DNA of 64,000 bases from Dimorphilus gyrociliatus (GCA_904063045.1 CAJFCJ010000031.1:62001-126000); one strand, 5' to 3'. Numbered from the stretch's first letter, positions 28,347 through 42,244 are shown. The notes: a model not told the origin generated them from the sequence alone. Numbers and translations: made by a program.

Positions 28347-29249
28347 ATGTCGAAGAGATTTGATGAAATTCCCATGACTAGCATTTGTAACGTTTGCTCC
28401 AGCTTCAAGGAACGTTCAAGCATTTGCGTGTATTGTGAAAATGGTTTGTTAAATTTTATATTCTTATGGTCGTCTTATATTAATTAAATATTGTTTTAGC
28501 TTTGGAAGTTCGAAGAGAGAATGAAAAGAATAATTCACTAATGGCGGGTAAGTAAAATATACATTGTTTTTTTGTTTTTACAATTTGGTATATTCGTTTT
28601 ATTCTTAGCTTTTAGAAAGCCGAACTTTGTGGCAGATGGAACATCTTCGTCGCCATCTTCCTCTGAGGGGTTGTCTGAATCATTCGCTGAATCTCCATCG
28701 TCTGCGGGTGCCGCTTCTGCTTATGACTCTGCTTCTGCATATGGCTCTCCTTCTGTTTATGAATCTGCTTCTGCTTATGAATCCGCTTCTGCCTATGAAT
28801 CTGCTTCCAGCTCTGGCGCAAGCTCTTTAGCTGGTTCAAGTTCGGGCGCTGATTCTTCCTCGCCAGAACAATCAACTCTCCCTACTTCGAGTGACGAGTC
28901 TTCTGCGGAAAGTGCGGCTTCCACCAAAAAAAAGGTAACGAAGACGCCTTTAAATTACGGAAATTTCTTAGTAAATTGTCCAAAGGAGGCCCACGTTCTG
29001 TACAATGTCAGAATCTTATCGAATGGCCTCAAGGTGGTATTCTCAAAAGTACGCAAAACCCAGGAGCAAATTGACGCTGAAGAAGCTGAGGCTGAAGCAC
29101 AAAGACAAGCGGAGCAGCAACAAGCCGAATTTGAACAGATAGCTAATCGTAACACAGGAGAAGATGAATCTTCTTCCGAATCTGAAGCTGGAAACGAGCT
29201 AACTTTTAACTTTAGAGACGTGACCAGCTTCTATCATCCTTTAGGCTGA
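28347..29249 (+). CDS. Uncharacterised 261-aa protein (3 exons): N-terminal CxxC-x9-CxxC, Ser/Ala-rich ASAYES repeats, acidic/Gln helical segment
   Basis: Exons 28347-28443, 28500-28547 and 28609-29249 join in frame through two phase-1 GT-AG introns. CNVCSSFKERSSICVYC at the N-terminus; five 18-nt units at 28713-28802. No family recognised. Confidence 0.72.
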
Positions 29250-30519
29250 AAGTAAATGTTCTTCGACCTATTTAGTTTATGAAAATAAGCTAACTACCGT
29301 TTTGTGTTCCAACTTAAATTTATTTTTTCTAGACTTGTTCATACTTATATTAATCGTGTGTAAAATCGAATATTTAATCATCTATTTTTCTATATAAACT
29401 GTATTCTATTTCTTATTTTAAAAATAAATAATTTAACGGCAAGAGAACAAGAATTTTCTTTGAATTAATCGAATATTTAAGCTGCTCTCTCTTTTTAAAA
29501 CATTTTCGGGAGAATCTGGAGCTTTTTTTAATTCAGTAAAAACTTCTTCATTGAGTTAAATACACTTGCTCAAGTTTAGGAGTTTCAATTCAAAAATTTA
29601 ATGGCGGCCATTAAAATTTAAGTATTGAGCAATATAAATGATAACTTTAACGATATTATCAAACTATACAGAGATAATCAAAATGGCGGACTCTCGAAAA
29701 ACAAAATAAGTTCCATAAAATATTTAGCAAGTACTTTGTCATATAATTCAATTCTTTTTCCACCAGCTAATAGTTAAGGTTATTATCAATAATAGATTTT
29801 AAAGAAATAACCCCTTATATGAAGGTAATAAGATATTAATAAATTATTAATAATTTAGATTCGAATGTTCTATTTTTTAACTTTCAGATTGTTGATTAAC
29901 TTGATGGAAAAAAGTAGCAAGTTAAATCTACTAAAAAATATCTAAAGCAAAAAAACATGAACTTTCATTGGAAGAGTTATGTATGTATATAAAAAATTGA
30001 ACTTTCTGGATGTACCCATGTACATATACTTATATACTGTATACTGCATACTGTGTAATATAAAAAATGGTATTGAAGAGGCTTCGTATTATGATCCAAT
30101 TTGGGATATAATATTAAATTAGAGGGAAAAAAATTTTCAAAATATCTAGCTTAAAACTGATAAAAACGTAGTTCCCAAATTAAAAGAGACTTGCACTAAT
30201 GTTTAATAAAATACACATTATCACATAGTAATCTCTATTCCTCAAAATACTTATTAAGATATTGATAAGATATTTTTTGTCTTCAACCCACACAGATTTT
30301 AATGGAGAATATAATCTACAAAAAGAAAAAAACGACTTAATGCCCAATTTGTTGCGATTCATAAATAATCATAGAAAGATATGCTTGCTTGTTTTGAATA
30401 TAATGGAGAGTTGTATGATACGTTAACTAATATGTAGTTTTTATTCTAGACAATTGATGGAATTATAGAGTGCTGATCGACAGTATGATTAATAGTAAAA
30501 ATCATAGAAGAGCAGTCTA

Positions 30520-31370
30520 GTATATTGTATTGGCTTCAATAACTCTAAAACTCCTCTCTGCCCTTAGACTCTGTCTATCATACTGCAAAACATTAGATAT
30601 CACAATGTATCTAATGTATTCAATCTTCTGTACATTTTGTTACAGTTTATGAACATACTGATATAATAAAGTAATTTATTTGTTAGAAGATGGGAATGGA
30701 AAGAGTAGTATTACATAATTATCCTAATATTAAGGCTCGGAAAGAAGAAATCAAATGTTTATTTCGATTAACATGCTCATGTGATTAGAAAATCTCCCCA
30801 CATTGGTGTTTAGTCAAAAGAGACAGTTTGTAAAAATTATCTAACGTTAAAAGTAAGAATTGAAGGAGCTTTGCAAAGGCGAACAACTTATCTTCAAAAT
30901 TCTATCAGATTGGCGAGATTTACAAAAGTTTGCAAGTTTAAACAGCTGGACATTTAGCAATAATTACAGATATATATATATATATGTATATTAATACATA
31001 ATATATAGGTCTTAAAATAGAGCTGATTACATTTCTTAAAGTGTTCGACATATTGAAAAAAGTTGTTTTCAAAAAATTAACTGAGAAGAATCGTAATGTT
31101 GAGCATGTTGAAAGCTTTTTGGTATAGGGAAGAGTTATCAAAAGAATATGAAAAATTCCCCACATGATTATCAATTATTTGCCATTCTAGATTTTACATT
31201 CATAAAACAAGGAAAAGTTGGAAAGATAACATAGGCCAATATAGCTAATGATATCATCATTCACCTGCTAAGATCTACACTATCTTAAAATTCTTATAAA
31301 AATTAAACAATTGCATTACACCATCGTAAGTTTATAACTCCTTTTTTTTTCCTTTAAGGTTTATTGAACA
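30520..31370 (+). pseudogene. RNF213: Decayed duplicate of the RNF213-like 3' end
   Basis: Colinear matches to gene 1 at ~4.16 kb offset: ttagaaaatct (30785 vs 26623); ctgagaagaatcgtaatgttgagcatgttgaa (31081 vs 26918, 29/32 identical); cgtaagtttataa including the last intron donor (31325 vs 27158). No long + strand ORF remains. Edges approximate. Confidence 0.8.
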
Positions 31371-33688
31371 TAACTGACCTGGATTTATATACTTATTTTA
31401 TACTAGTCTACGAGAAATTTGAAGTGAGACCCTAGGGAAGTTGACGTATGATCATGAAATCATTGTGGCATTCGCAAAATGAACATTCCTAAAGAATAAA
31501 GTTATTGTACCGTATTTGAGGCTCTAAAGAATTACATGAAGAGCGCTACTGTTGATATTAGAATCAAGTATTCGATGAATGATCTCTCTAAATAAGTCAT
31601 TTGATATGGTTTGTCAAGCCTTACATGGGAAATTTTTTATTTCTATTAATGTATTATTAATAAATAAAATTAATTTCTTATTTGAAGAAAGTGACGAGCA
31701 TGACTTGTATATAATGGCCAACTTACTTCCCCTTTCTGTATATGCTTTATTCAAATACTGTTTTATGGTATGTAATTTTGGAATATAGTTTTGATATTCA
31801 AGTAAATTTATATATTTGATTCAATAATCTTTAATAATCTTCGATATTTAAGTTCAAAAGTTTCATTGCTTCAGACAACTTTCATTTTTTATTCTCTCTT
31901 TTTTAGACGAAAGTGAAATAAAAAAAGGAGATACTTTTCAATTAAACCTTTCACCGCCACGCAATATGAATATAGACAAGTTGCTTCAACAGAGTACATT
32001 TAAAATATACATGTTTAGAAATGCTCATTTCTATAAAACCAAAAAATTTAAAAATGGCCGACAATCTTATATAAATTTTTGTTCTTTTTTTCGAATATTC
32101 TAAAATTTTTCATCGAATAAAAGAATGAAATAAACTACAGATGACTTTAAAACATTTAGTTGCAAACAGTTAAAGTGAAAAACATTATATAGTTTAGTTT
32201 TATAGGAAAGATATTTAAATGACAGAAAACTAATAACTATCTTTTCTCATACATAGATCTTTTCATCTTATTAACATCGTAAAACAGTTCGAGAGAAAAT
32301 CCTCTTAAATTTCGTAATGTTTTAGAAAATCGCAAAACAAAGTTATTACCTTTCGACATGACTATGCAATATTTCTAAGGTAAAAGTGAATTAATTGTTT
32401 TAATATATAAGCGTCTATTTACAACAAATTATATGCATCTAATATCGTTTATTTGCGTTAATAATTCTAACAAGAAGAAGAAGAAGAAGAGAAGAATATT
32501 AAAGCATATATATCTTTTCTGGTTATTAGAGATTATGATTTAGATACTTTATGACTAATTAGAGTTAACATTTAAACATTTCTTGTATAATTCTAGATAA
32601 ATTGCTATTTATTAATGCTTAGTTTGAAATAAATAAAGCAATATTCTACATATATTTTAGAAATAATTATGAAAATAGGCCTGCGAAGGTGAAAAGTGTT
32701 GCTTTCGTTAATTAATTTACTTTCACCATAAGCAATTATATTTAATACGGAGTTTAAGGAAATTTATGATTACAAAGAATAAGAAATAAGATTAAATTAA
32801 TGATTTTATTAATTAATTTAAAAGAATATTAATAAATATGTATTTTGTGTAATTCGTTTGTTTTTTAGTATTTTTTGTTTGCTTCTTGATTATTATTACT
32901 TTTATAAGTAGAATATATGATATTTTATTTAAAAAATATTGTATTTTAGGAGAAAATACAGCAATATTATTGAAAATTTTCCATAATTTTTTATTCACAG
33001 TTCGTAATTCTCAATAAATTCGACAGTTTTCGCTATCTGTGGAACGTTCTTATTGGCTAATTGGTCGATTTTAAGTACTCAACAAGTGTATAAAAGTCTG
33101 AACTAACATATTTGAATTCATTATATGCTTCCTCAACTTCAACTATCTTCCGAATTTTTGCTAGAAGCTGTGTCGTAAGTTTTTGAACCTTTTTTTCTTA
33201 TTTCGCTCTCAATTCTCAACGAATATTTCAAATAATTTGTTTTAATTCAATTTCAAATATTTTATTTGAAATATTCGATAAGTTTTAAATATTATATGAG
33301 AATTATTAACTTTCCCCTCTTCCTATTCGCTTTCGAAGAGAGAGGTAGAAAACACAATTTACTCTCGAAATTTTTCCTTATAGATATTTAGCATTTAGCA
33401 ATTACTATTTCTAAATATTTAAGAATGTATATCTTTGAAAAGGAGATTTAACTTGAATACAATTAGAGAAAAATGACTTGAATATTTTTTATTAACGTCT
33501 GAAATATTAATTCATAGTGAAAAATCTGTTCTTTTTTTTTTAATTAATACTCAAGTACCTACTCATTAAAAAAAAAGAAAGCTCACTCTCTCTTTTTGTT
33601 TTTTTCGGGCACTGGTCAGTCTTAAATGTTATTTGTTTGAGATCACTTTATGATATACTCTTGTATTGTCTACAGTATTTCAACAATA

Positions 33689-36600
33689 ATGGAAAACGCT
33701 AGCATAACAATGAACTCTTACAACAGTGGCTCACTAAGACTTGCCAGATCTGCGAGGAGAAGAAACAATTGTAAGCTATTCTCATAATTGTTTTTTTTTT
33801 ATTCTAATTTTTTTTTCAATTCAATTTTTAGTTGTGATGGCCGAAAAATATAGTACAAATATAGTACTCTATTGCGTAGTGCATAAAGACTTTTTGTGTG
33901 AAAAAGATAGAAAATACGTAAAAGTTCATTACGTCTACCCTGGTAGTTATGATAATAATTTGGCTCCCGTAAGAGAGGTTTGGTAAGTGAAAAATTGTGG
34001 AAAAGTTTTGTCTTTTGTGTTTTTAAAAAAAAAGTGTTTTACCGACAGCTTTTTGAATGATAACTGGATGATGGGTAAAGCTGAACTAACAATTCCAATT
34101 CGTCTAAGAGATACCTTCCAATACGTTTACCTATTCAAGGATGGTGATGAACCACTTCACTTTGAACATCTAGAACATACTCTAAGAGTTGAAAATAGTA
34201 TGAGGCAATTACTACGGGACGACCTATATTTATTAATGGAAGAAGATTGTAAGTTTTTCCGTTCAATTGATATTTTTTCGATATACAGTAAATTGATATA
34301 AATTTAAATATACATGTTTGATTGGCAGCCATGTTAATTTTCGACGGATTCGTTCGAAAACAAATGAAGCAAACTTTCCTTACAAAGGCCAGCAATTTTT
34401 GGAGTGAACTAATTGACGAAGAACAGCAAATAACTAGAAAATGTAAGTAACCAAAATATAAAACATTTACGTAAAGTAATCGGTTTTTAAATGACAATTT
34501 ACCAACAAGGCATTGAAATTCTACTGCCCAACTACGAATTCTTTACTACTGACATGCGCTACGTGCAAGCTGGAAGTCCATCACATTTCCTCTCGATTAT
34601 TATGGGTATTATGAAAATGCAAGGAACAAGTATAAAGCCAAACATTAGTCAGAATGTATGTTTCATTTTTCGAAAGAGTTTTTTTATTTTTTTATTTTGT
34701 CAGTTAAAAAATAATATTTATATATATGATTCCCTGTAGATTATTGGCAAATTCATATCAAAATGCAGAGAGAATATGATGTCGATAAACCGACATAGTA
34801 TAGGAGAAAAGATTTTAGAAACTGCCCAATGCGCGCTTATTTGCTTAATTTTGGCGCAAGAATTTAGAATAACGACCAATATTCTACCGATGAGAGTGTT
34901 CAAATATTTCCCCCCGTTGGATAGCGAAACCCTCTACGTTTGGACTGGTTCTCTCAAAACAAGCTTTAACAAATTCGATAATCTTGTTGAAAGGTAGTTG
35001 AAAAATAGTTTTTGCGAATTAAGTATTATAAAATACTGTATTTTCGATGAAATTTTTTCAATATAGCTGCTTGAAGACGACGCTCGTTAAATTTATTTCA
35101 AGAGAAGTTGGCAATGGAGAATGGATTTTTCTGCTACGACTCTTCCTTCATTTGAAAGGGGAGGCAGATCGTCTGACAACAAGCCACGAGACGGAACTAA
35201 GTAACCGTATAGATGATCATACGCGCCTTAGTATCATAGAGGGACTGAACGCTATGCCACAAAAATTTAATCGAATTAGCGAAAAAAGGTAGAGTTTTAA
35301 TTCACTAGCTTTAATGGTTCATTCGTCACTACTCACAATGTAGGTTTATGACAATACTCGATAATCTTATACGCCAATGTGATAGAGCCGATGTAATATG
35401 GCTACATTTCTTGTCCTCATTGACCTTGAAACATCTTTATCTGGTTTTGGAAAGGGAGTATTGTCAACCAGAGGCGATTTTTAAAGCTTTTTCCTGCATT
35501 TTGAGAAGAGAGCTATCCACCTATTCGGTACAAAACCAAATAATTAAAATTTTCGAATATAAGTAAACTGAACATTATTCCTCTTTCTAGGATGAACAAT
35601 TAACTCTTACACTAGACGTCACTATCAGATGCCAACAACTAGTTGAAGACTATCCTACATGGATATCTTTGTAAGAGAATTAATTAACTAATTATATATA
35701 CATATTTTTATACTTGAAATGAATTTACAGACTGACCATGACCGAGTTGACAAGAACGTATAAACACATAGATGAGATATTTACTAGTTTTCTAAACAAA
35801 ACTATGTCCAATGACATTCAAAATGTTGCATTATACCGTGAAATCGGCATAAGACTAGTTTCAATTAACGAAGTATTTTTGTCCCAAATTCTACAATATT
35901 TCCCCTATTTTCCATATGAAAATTACATGAAAACATATTCAACAAATCTACGGATTTTGTTAAATCTGTTTTTTTTTGGCTTTACTAATATTCATAAAGA
36001 TTTTCACATTTTGTCTTGTATACTAAAAACAACTGAAGAAAGCAATATTGGAAAAACCGTAAAACGATTAACCACAGAGTGCATAGAATATCACATCAGA
36101 AAAACATTGAGAATAGTAAGTTGACGAATATTTTTTAATTACTGTATATAGTAACATAAAAAATTTGTTTTTAATCAGGAGTATGGTGGGTTCTACGACA
36201 ATTTACTTACTGAATATCAGCTATTCCCTTTTGTCAAATACCATCGATGCATTAAAAATGCTTTTAGAAAAGAAGTAATTGATGCAACTTATGACCTAAT
36301 GGAATTTGTAAGATATATAATTTATTCCTTACTTTTGTGTTTAACTGTTCGTTTATTTAGAGCCCACAGACTGCAAGTACTTTACTGGAAAGCAATAGTG
36401 ATTTCTTGAATTTATTAGTCGAAACTTTAGAATGTAAAAGACCAAAAAAAGAGAGGGACCTTAAAATATTCTTGCTGGATTTAAAATTCTTACCTTACCT
36501 CCTTAATTATTATATGAAAGGTTTACTATTTGTTTTTACTACAATCTTTTCAATTACTAACTGTTGTCTCTTTTAACTTTTAATATTAGCGAAACAAAGA

Positions 36601-39600
36601 GAAGATCGGAGAGTTATAAAGGCGTTGAACGAGTTTATGGACTTGGTAGTGGAAACAGTAGCATCAATCGATGACGGTCATATTCTAGTGAAAGATATGC
36701 TAAGCATTAATTATGAAAGCATAGATTTTATATCGATAATAACTGAAATGAAACATTTCCACTATAAGAGATATCCGAACAAATTTTTAGAAATTGTTCG
36801 AATCAGACATAACGAAGCTGAATGCTGCAAGAAGTTTTTCAAAGTGTCTGAAATTCTTCTGAAACTATCCAGTTTTGTACGAAAACGTAATATTATTAAA
36901 TTATACGCTTTCGAAAAATAAATTTTCAATTATTTCAGAGTGCAATTGGAATGACAGAATTTTCACATATGATGACATAAAGATTGCCCATTTTTGCAGC
37001 GCCTCATACTCGTGGGATTTTTCTGAGATAATCTTATTTATTGAGAAAACATTTACAAGAGAATTTATAGAGACCGTTCTTTTGGGTGGTTATTGCATGA
37101 AAAGTGCAATATTTCGCTATATGCTCGTTGCAAATGAATTAAAAAATAAAAAGCTATACAACCAAAATGGAGTTACAAATGTATACTACTGTATGGCAAA
37201 ATTTGCTGTGTACGTAGTGGAAACTACCGTAAATCAGTATCAGAAATTTTCCGAAGAACTTTTCAAGGGCAGCTCAATAGACTACAAGCTATTGGAAAGT
37301 ACAAGTTTGAAAATTGACGATATTGAGAACGAGAAAACTATCGTTCGGCGCCTTCTTCAACTGGAAGGAAATGACTGCGATTCTCTCAGTGTCAGATTTG
37401 ATCAATTAAAAGGTTATCTGTTCGAGAATGAACTAGAGAACGTGGCGGTTTTGCTTGAACTTCTGGTGAACGTTTACGGCTTGAAGATTGACTTTGACAA
37501 ATCGATTTTTTTGCGTCTTGTCGTAAGTTTATAATTTCAATCATTGGGAATTTAAATAGAATATGTGTTTTCTTTCATTTATAGAAAGTTAACGTTTCGC
37601 TACCTCCTCAAAATGTACACTCTGATATTCGCCGTTTGATAAATGCGATTCTTGATCACTCTAGCGACCTATCAGTGCTAGAAATACTCGTTCAGGAGAG
37701 TGACATTATTGTTGGATTAACAGAACTAATACAAAAATACGAACAGATGGAAGAGTTTTGCAACAGACATATTTCGGGCTGTCGCGAAACGTTCAATACT
37801 AACTTGGCACTATTGATAAAGGTAATTTCACCGATTATCTTCCAATTGAAGGATGCTGATAACGTTATGGACATTATTACCCTGTGGAGACGATGTACGA
37901 AGCTTAAAGCGACACATAATACTGTTGACCTATCCGTTCCTTTTGATATTGTACGAAGGCAATTTGGATCTTATTTAGGCCTGTCGGACGTAGACGAAGA
38001 AGACATGAGCGCTAAAGTTGAAACATTAAGAGGAATAATTTGCTTTGGAAATGTTACCTTCAGTTATAGTTCCACCAAGATTAGAAGTCTTATTGTTGAT
38101 GAGGAAAGCTCGTTAGTCGAATCGGTCGTTATCGAAGAGTTGTTTAAATGGTCGAAAACGCATAAAGAATTGTTTCTGGCCATAAATTCAAGAGACGGAC
38201 TTGCAATTACTCTGTTTGTTAAATTCGTCCAGTCCGTCAAGGATCTAAAGGAAGCAATGGAAGAACTATCGAACGCGGGATTCAGTCCCTTTAAAAAATA
38301 TGATATTTCCATTATGAACCGAAAAGGCAATCGTCATGTAACGATTGAAGGCATAGCGGAGAAGAGTCTGACTGGCGCTCTAACTTTTCCAAGGCACGAG
38401 AAAATTAAAAAAATAACTCGAGCCGTTCAATGCTTTATCGAAGAATGGAAATTGAAGTTGGCGACAAAACGAGAAAGATATCCTTGCTTGAAGTATTTTC
38501 CATCGGAAAAAATCTTTACACTCGGCAAAGAAATGATAGAATTTGATCTATCCGGTACGATAACGGACGAAATGGCGCGACTAGCGGGAATATTTGCTGA
38601 CGATAAAATTGACTGTAAAGATCTTTATGATGGAATTGCCTATTCTCTGAGAATGCAAGAGGTTGACGTACACTATAACATTGACACATCGGCTCTTGCT
38701 ATTGATGATGACAAAAGGTATTGTATTGTATTTATTTTTTTATTTGTCGTAAAACTTTACCTATTTCATGTAATTATTGATCAGTATTATTGAGAATTTG
38801 TGGAACGTATGGAAAACTCATATGATGTTTATTGACGATGGCCCGTTGGGTGTAGGATTCGGTTCTATCGGACATTTCGCTGGCTATCTCTACCAATCCA
38901 ACATGAAGCGAAATACCGCTTATATCTCAATGATAACCAAAGGTCTTCCATGTCTATTTCAAGAGTCGGAAGAAACGATGCTACGAAAAATGACAATCCT
39001 CCTTATGAAGGAGAACACCGACTGGAGTATAAAGCCAAATCAAATACAACTCTGCAGTGAACAAACGACTGTTGAAGACCTTCAAATATTTCTCGAGCAG
39101 GCAGCGTTCTTCACTAATGAATTATTTTGCGTAGGGGATGTAAAATTACTGAACGAGAGCTGCGTTGAAATATTCTTTGATATTTTTCGATTTTTACTCG
39201 GAGTTGGAAAGATAGGTGAGAAAAAATGTTTATATTTTTTGTTTAGCTAATATAGTTAACTAAATGTGTGTTCCTTTATCCTTCTACCAAGGTACTATCA
39301 AACTGGCGATTTTTTGCTCGGATTCAAGTTCAACTTGTCGATTTTGTGGATCAGATATCTTCCTTAAGGCTTCTAGCGAATTCGCTCTTGACATGTCATT
39401 GCATGTTTCACGGCAACTAATTGTAAATTCAGTAATCACGAAGAGAGTGGAAATAGAAAATGAAGTGTTTATCGAGAGGAGAATGTCCCAGGTAGTTTTA
39501 AGCGGTGCAATATCAACAAGACAACACTTGAAAAACAGGACTAGACAACATTTACATCCCGACTTTAAGGATAGCAACTATTTTATTATTCGTCCTAATG

Positions 39601-39908
39601 ATGACACTTCACTTGTTGAATTAATCGAAGAACTAGACGAAATATCAGAGTACAGGAAAGAGGAGATTTTTATAGCATATCATTTTGATTTGAAGAGCAT
39701 GTCGATTCCCTTGGCCGACAGCCTTTTGTTTCGATTGACGGTCGTTGGCGCACTCGTCAAAAATGATAGATTATGGAAATGTGAAAATCGCTTTTATTTC
39801 AATTTTGAGATAAGCGAACACCAAATACAAAAATACAAGTTTGCCAAAATTCTCCCAATTATGGATTTAGGAACCGTTGAAGTTTTGGAATATGACGACA
39901 ATTTATAA
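33689..39908 (+). CDS. Truncated RNF213-like paralog (17 exons, ~1,700 aa): N-arm/stalk and first degenerate AAA region only
   Basis: All 16 GT-AG junctions traced by eye keep frame from ATG 33689 to TAA 39908. Homologous to gene 1: TNIVLYCVVH vs TNVIFHCIVD; EEWKLKLATKRERYPCLKYF vs DEWSEYVRKNRDKYSGLNYF; NQIQLCSEQTTVEDLQ vs SQILICNERTTAEDVE; AYHFDLK...LLFRLTVVGALVKNDRLWK vs IFHLDVS...ILFSLTIQRGLIDENGRVWK. AATAAA at 40115. Confidence 0.85.
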
Positions 39909-42243
39909 GTCTTTTTTTCTGGTCTAACGAAAGTCAATAGACGGATACTATCAGTATTATTTTATACAAAAATATCAATGATTACGTTAAATACCATATA
40001 TTTAAATGTATTTATACAACAAATTTTTTTAACTTTTTTACACAATTTTTCTGCAGTTTAATGTTGAATTTACACCAAATTTTTTTCAATTTTTTCATTT
40101 ACATAACAGTATTTAATAAATTACTTTCAGTTAATTAAAATATAACGTCTGCTTCGTTTACGTTGCAAGAACAGTTGTTGTTCGGTTTCCAGACACTCGA
40201 ATGCATTTCACTGGCAATTCGATAAGTCTTTTTTTGGATTATGTTCAATTTAAATGTGCCGTACTTTGTACGTTCGTATAGAAACAGCGCTTATAAGATA
40301 TTTTTATGTTTTAGATGAGAACATTATCATGAAATTTTGTACATATCATTGGGTAGATAAAAACCCACGACAACTATTTCTTCGATATAACAATTTGTAA
40401 CTAAATAGAAATTAAGTTCTTTTTAAAGGGAGCTTTCTGCTATTTTGAACAAGATAAATGATAGAAGAGAAATTGAGAGGATTAGGAAATCAATTAATCG
40501 CTAGTAAAGTAGTGTTTATTAGTAGAAATAAGTTGTTTTTCGTACTATTTAATTTATTATTCTCTTGATCCGTATCAATTTATATTCGAGTCATTTGAAA
40601 TGAAACCTTATCTATATAATTATCTATATAATTGAAGAAAAACAATTAAAACTTTCTTATTAAAGTTGTATAGATGCAATAGGTTGTTTATCAACAATAA
40701 CAGTGAACCAAAATCTAATAAACAAATGCAAATAATATCCAACTAAATTAGAGAAAAGATGAAAAGAGTAGACGACTTAAGAAGATAAATTTTTTGACAA
40801 ACATCATACAAGTTGTGACATATACTGTATTTAATAGATTAAACAAATTAATAAAGAAAATGACTATAAAAGATCCTATATAGTTTGTCTATGAAAGTAA
40901 TGAATTATAAATCATAGTCACTTATTAAATGGATAAAATATATTAGGAATAGATACGGAAAAAGTATATACTGTATATGTATATACAGTATATATATAGT
41001 ATATAGAAAGTAGAAGAGACAAGAGCTTAACTTCAAAACTAATCATTTTTCTCCTATTATTCCATTGTTTTGTTCGTTAATTAATCCATAACTAGATTGT
41101 TCTCTACGAAAAAGATCTGTGTCATATACATTGTCTATAAATAGTCTTATAATGCAGATATACTGGATACATAGAAAGATACATGACTATTCATAATTTG
41201 TATAAACATTTATGTATATAGTATATATTTATAACACTGTATTTATAAAAGAAAAAACATGAGGTCCTAATACAAATATTCTGCTAAATTATCCTAACCA
41301 TATGCTATAATTAACATTAACGATTAAGCAGCTAAATCTATCATTTATAATCAAATGGCTAGCCTATATGATTTGTTTCACTACATTATTGTTATTGATC
41401 TCTAAGCAATGAACTAACATTTCAAAAGAAATGACTATCCCTTAAAATAGGCTGAAAAAGGTGCTTTTCTAATGTAGAATTGATATTCTAAAATTGGACA
41501 GGGAATCAGATTTTATTCCACTTTTTTATTTGTTTGTAATCGTATTTTCTTAATGAAATTCCAATTAAAGTATAGATATATGGTTTATATATGACATATA
41601 TACAATAATTGTATAGTAATTATTTTCTAGACAGTTCAATTTAATGGTATCTCCATGATTTTTTTATCATCTAAAAATACACTTCTATACAAATCTGTAA
41701 AATAGAAACAACAATGTCTGGGAAATGATGATTACGAAAGTAAACTTATAGTATATTAATATATGTAATATATTCTAATACAATTTGATAGAATAGATTA
41801 AGTATCATTTGGCAAACACATCTGAGATAAACCTTTATTCTAATTCGAAATAACATAGAAACAATGAAAATTTAGAATCTTGTTTTTCTTTGTTTTCCTC
41901 TCTATTGATCTATGTTCACAATAAGAGGAAAGAAACAAGGAAAAAAAGATATAAAGAGAGAAATGACAAAGACCTCTTAGAAGAGAATAACAATTGATAT
42001 TATCGTAAATTAAATACATTTTTTTACTTCTCTTATTTTTTTTTAATAAAAACAAAACTAAGCAAACAAGAAACGACATGATAAAATATATAATATATCA
42101 CGGTACGATTGAAAACAAAGTTAATAAGGCTATACAACAGAAGAGAGAGAGAGAGAGAGAGAGTAATATTTCATCAATATTTTTCCTATACTAGGAAAAA
42201 TCATTAAAAAGAAAGAAAAAATATCCCCACCTGCCGTCCTTTC

Positions 42244-42244
42244 C

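Noticed and set aside
28612-29155. Alternative-frame and antisense ORFs over the orphan gene
   Set aside because: By-products of the 18-nt repeat and low-complexity codons.
29595-29695. TTTAATGGC-G-GCCATTAAA hairpin and YY1-like AAAATGGCGG
   Set aside because: Short motifs with no downstream intact gene to assign them to; cannot be supported as a terminator or promoter from sequence alone.
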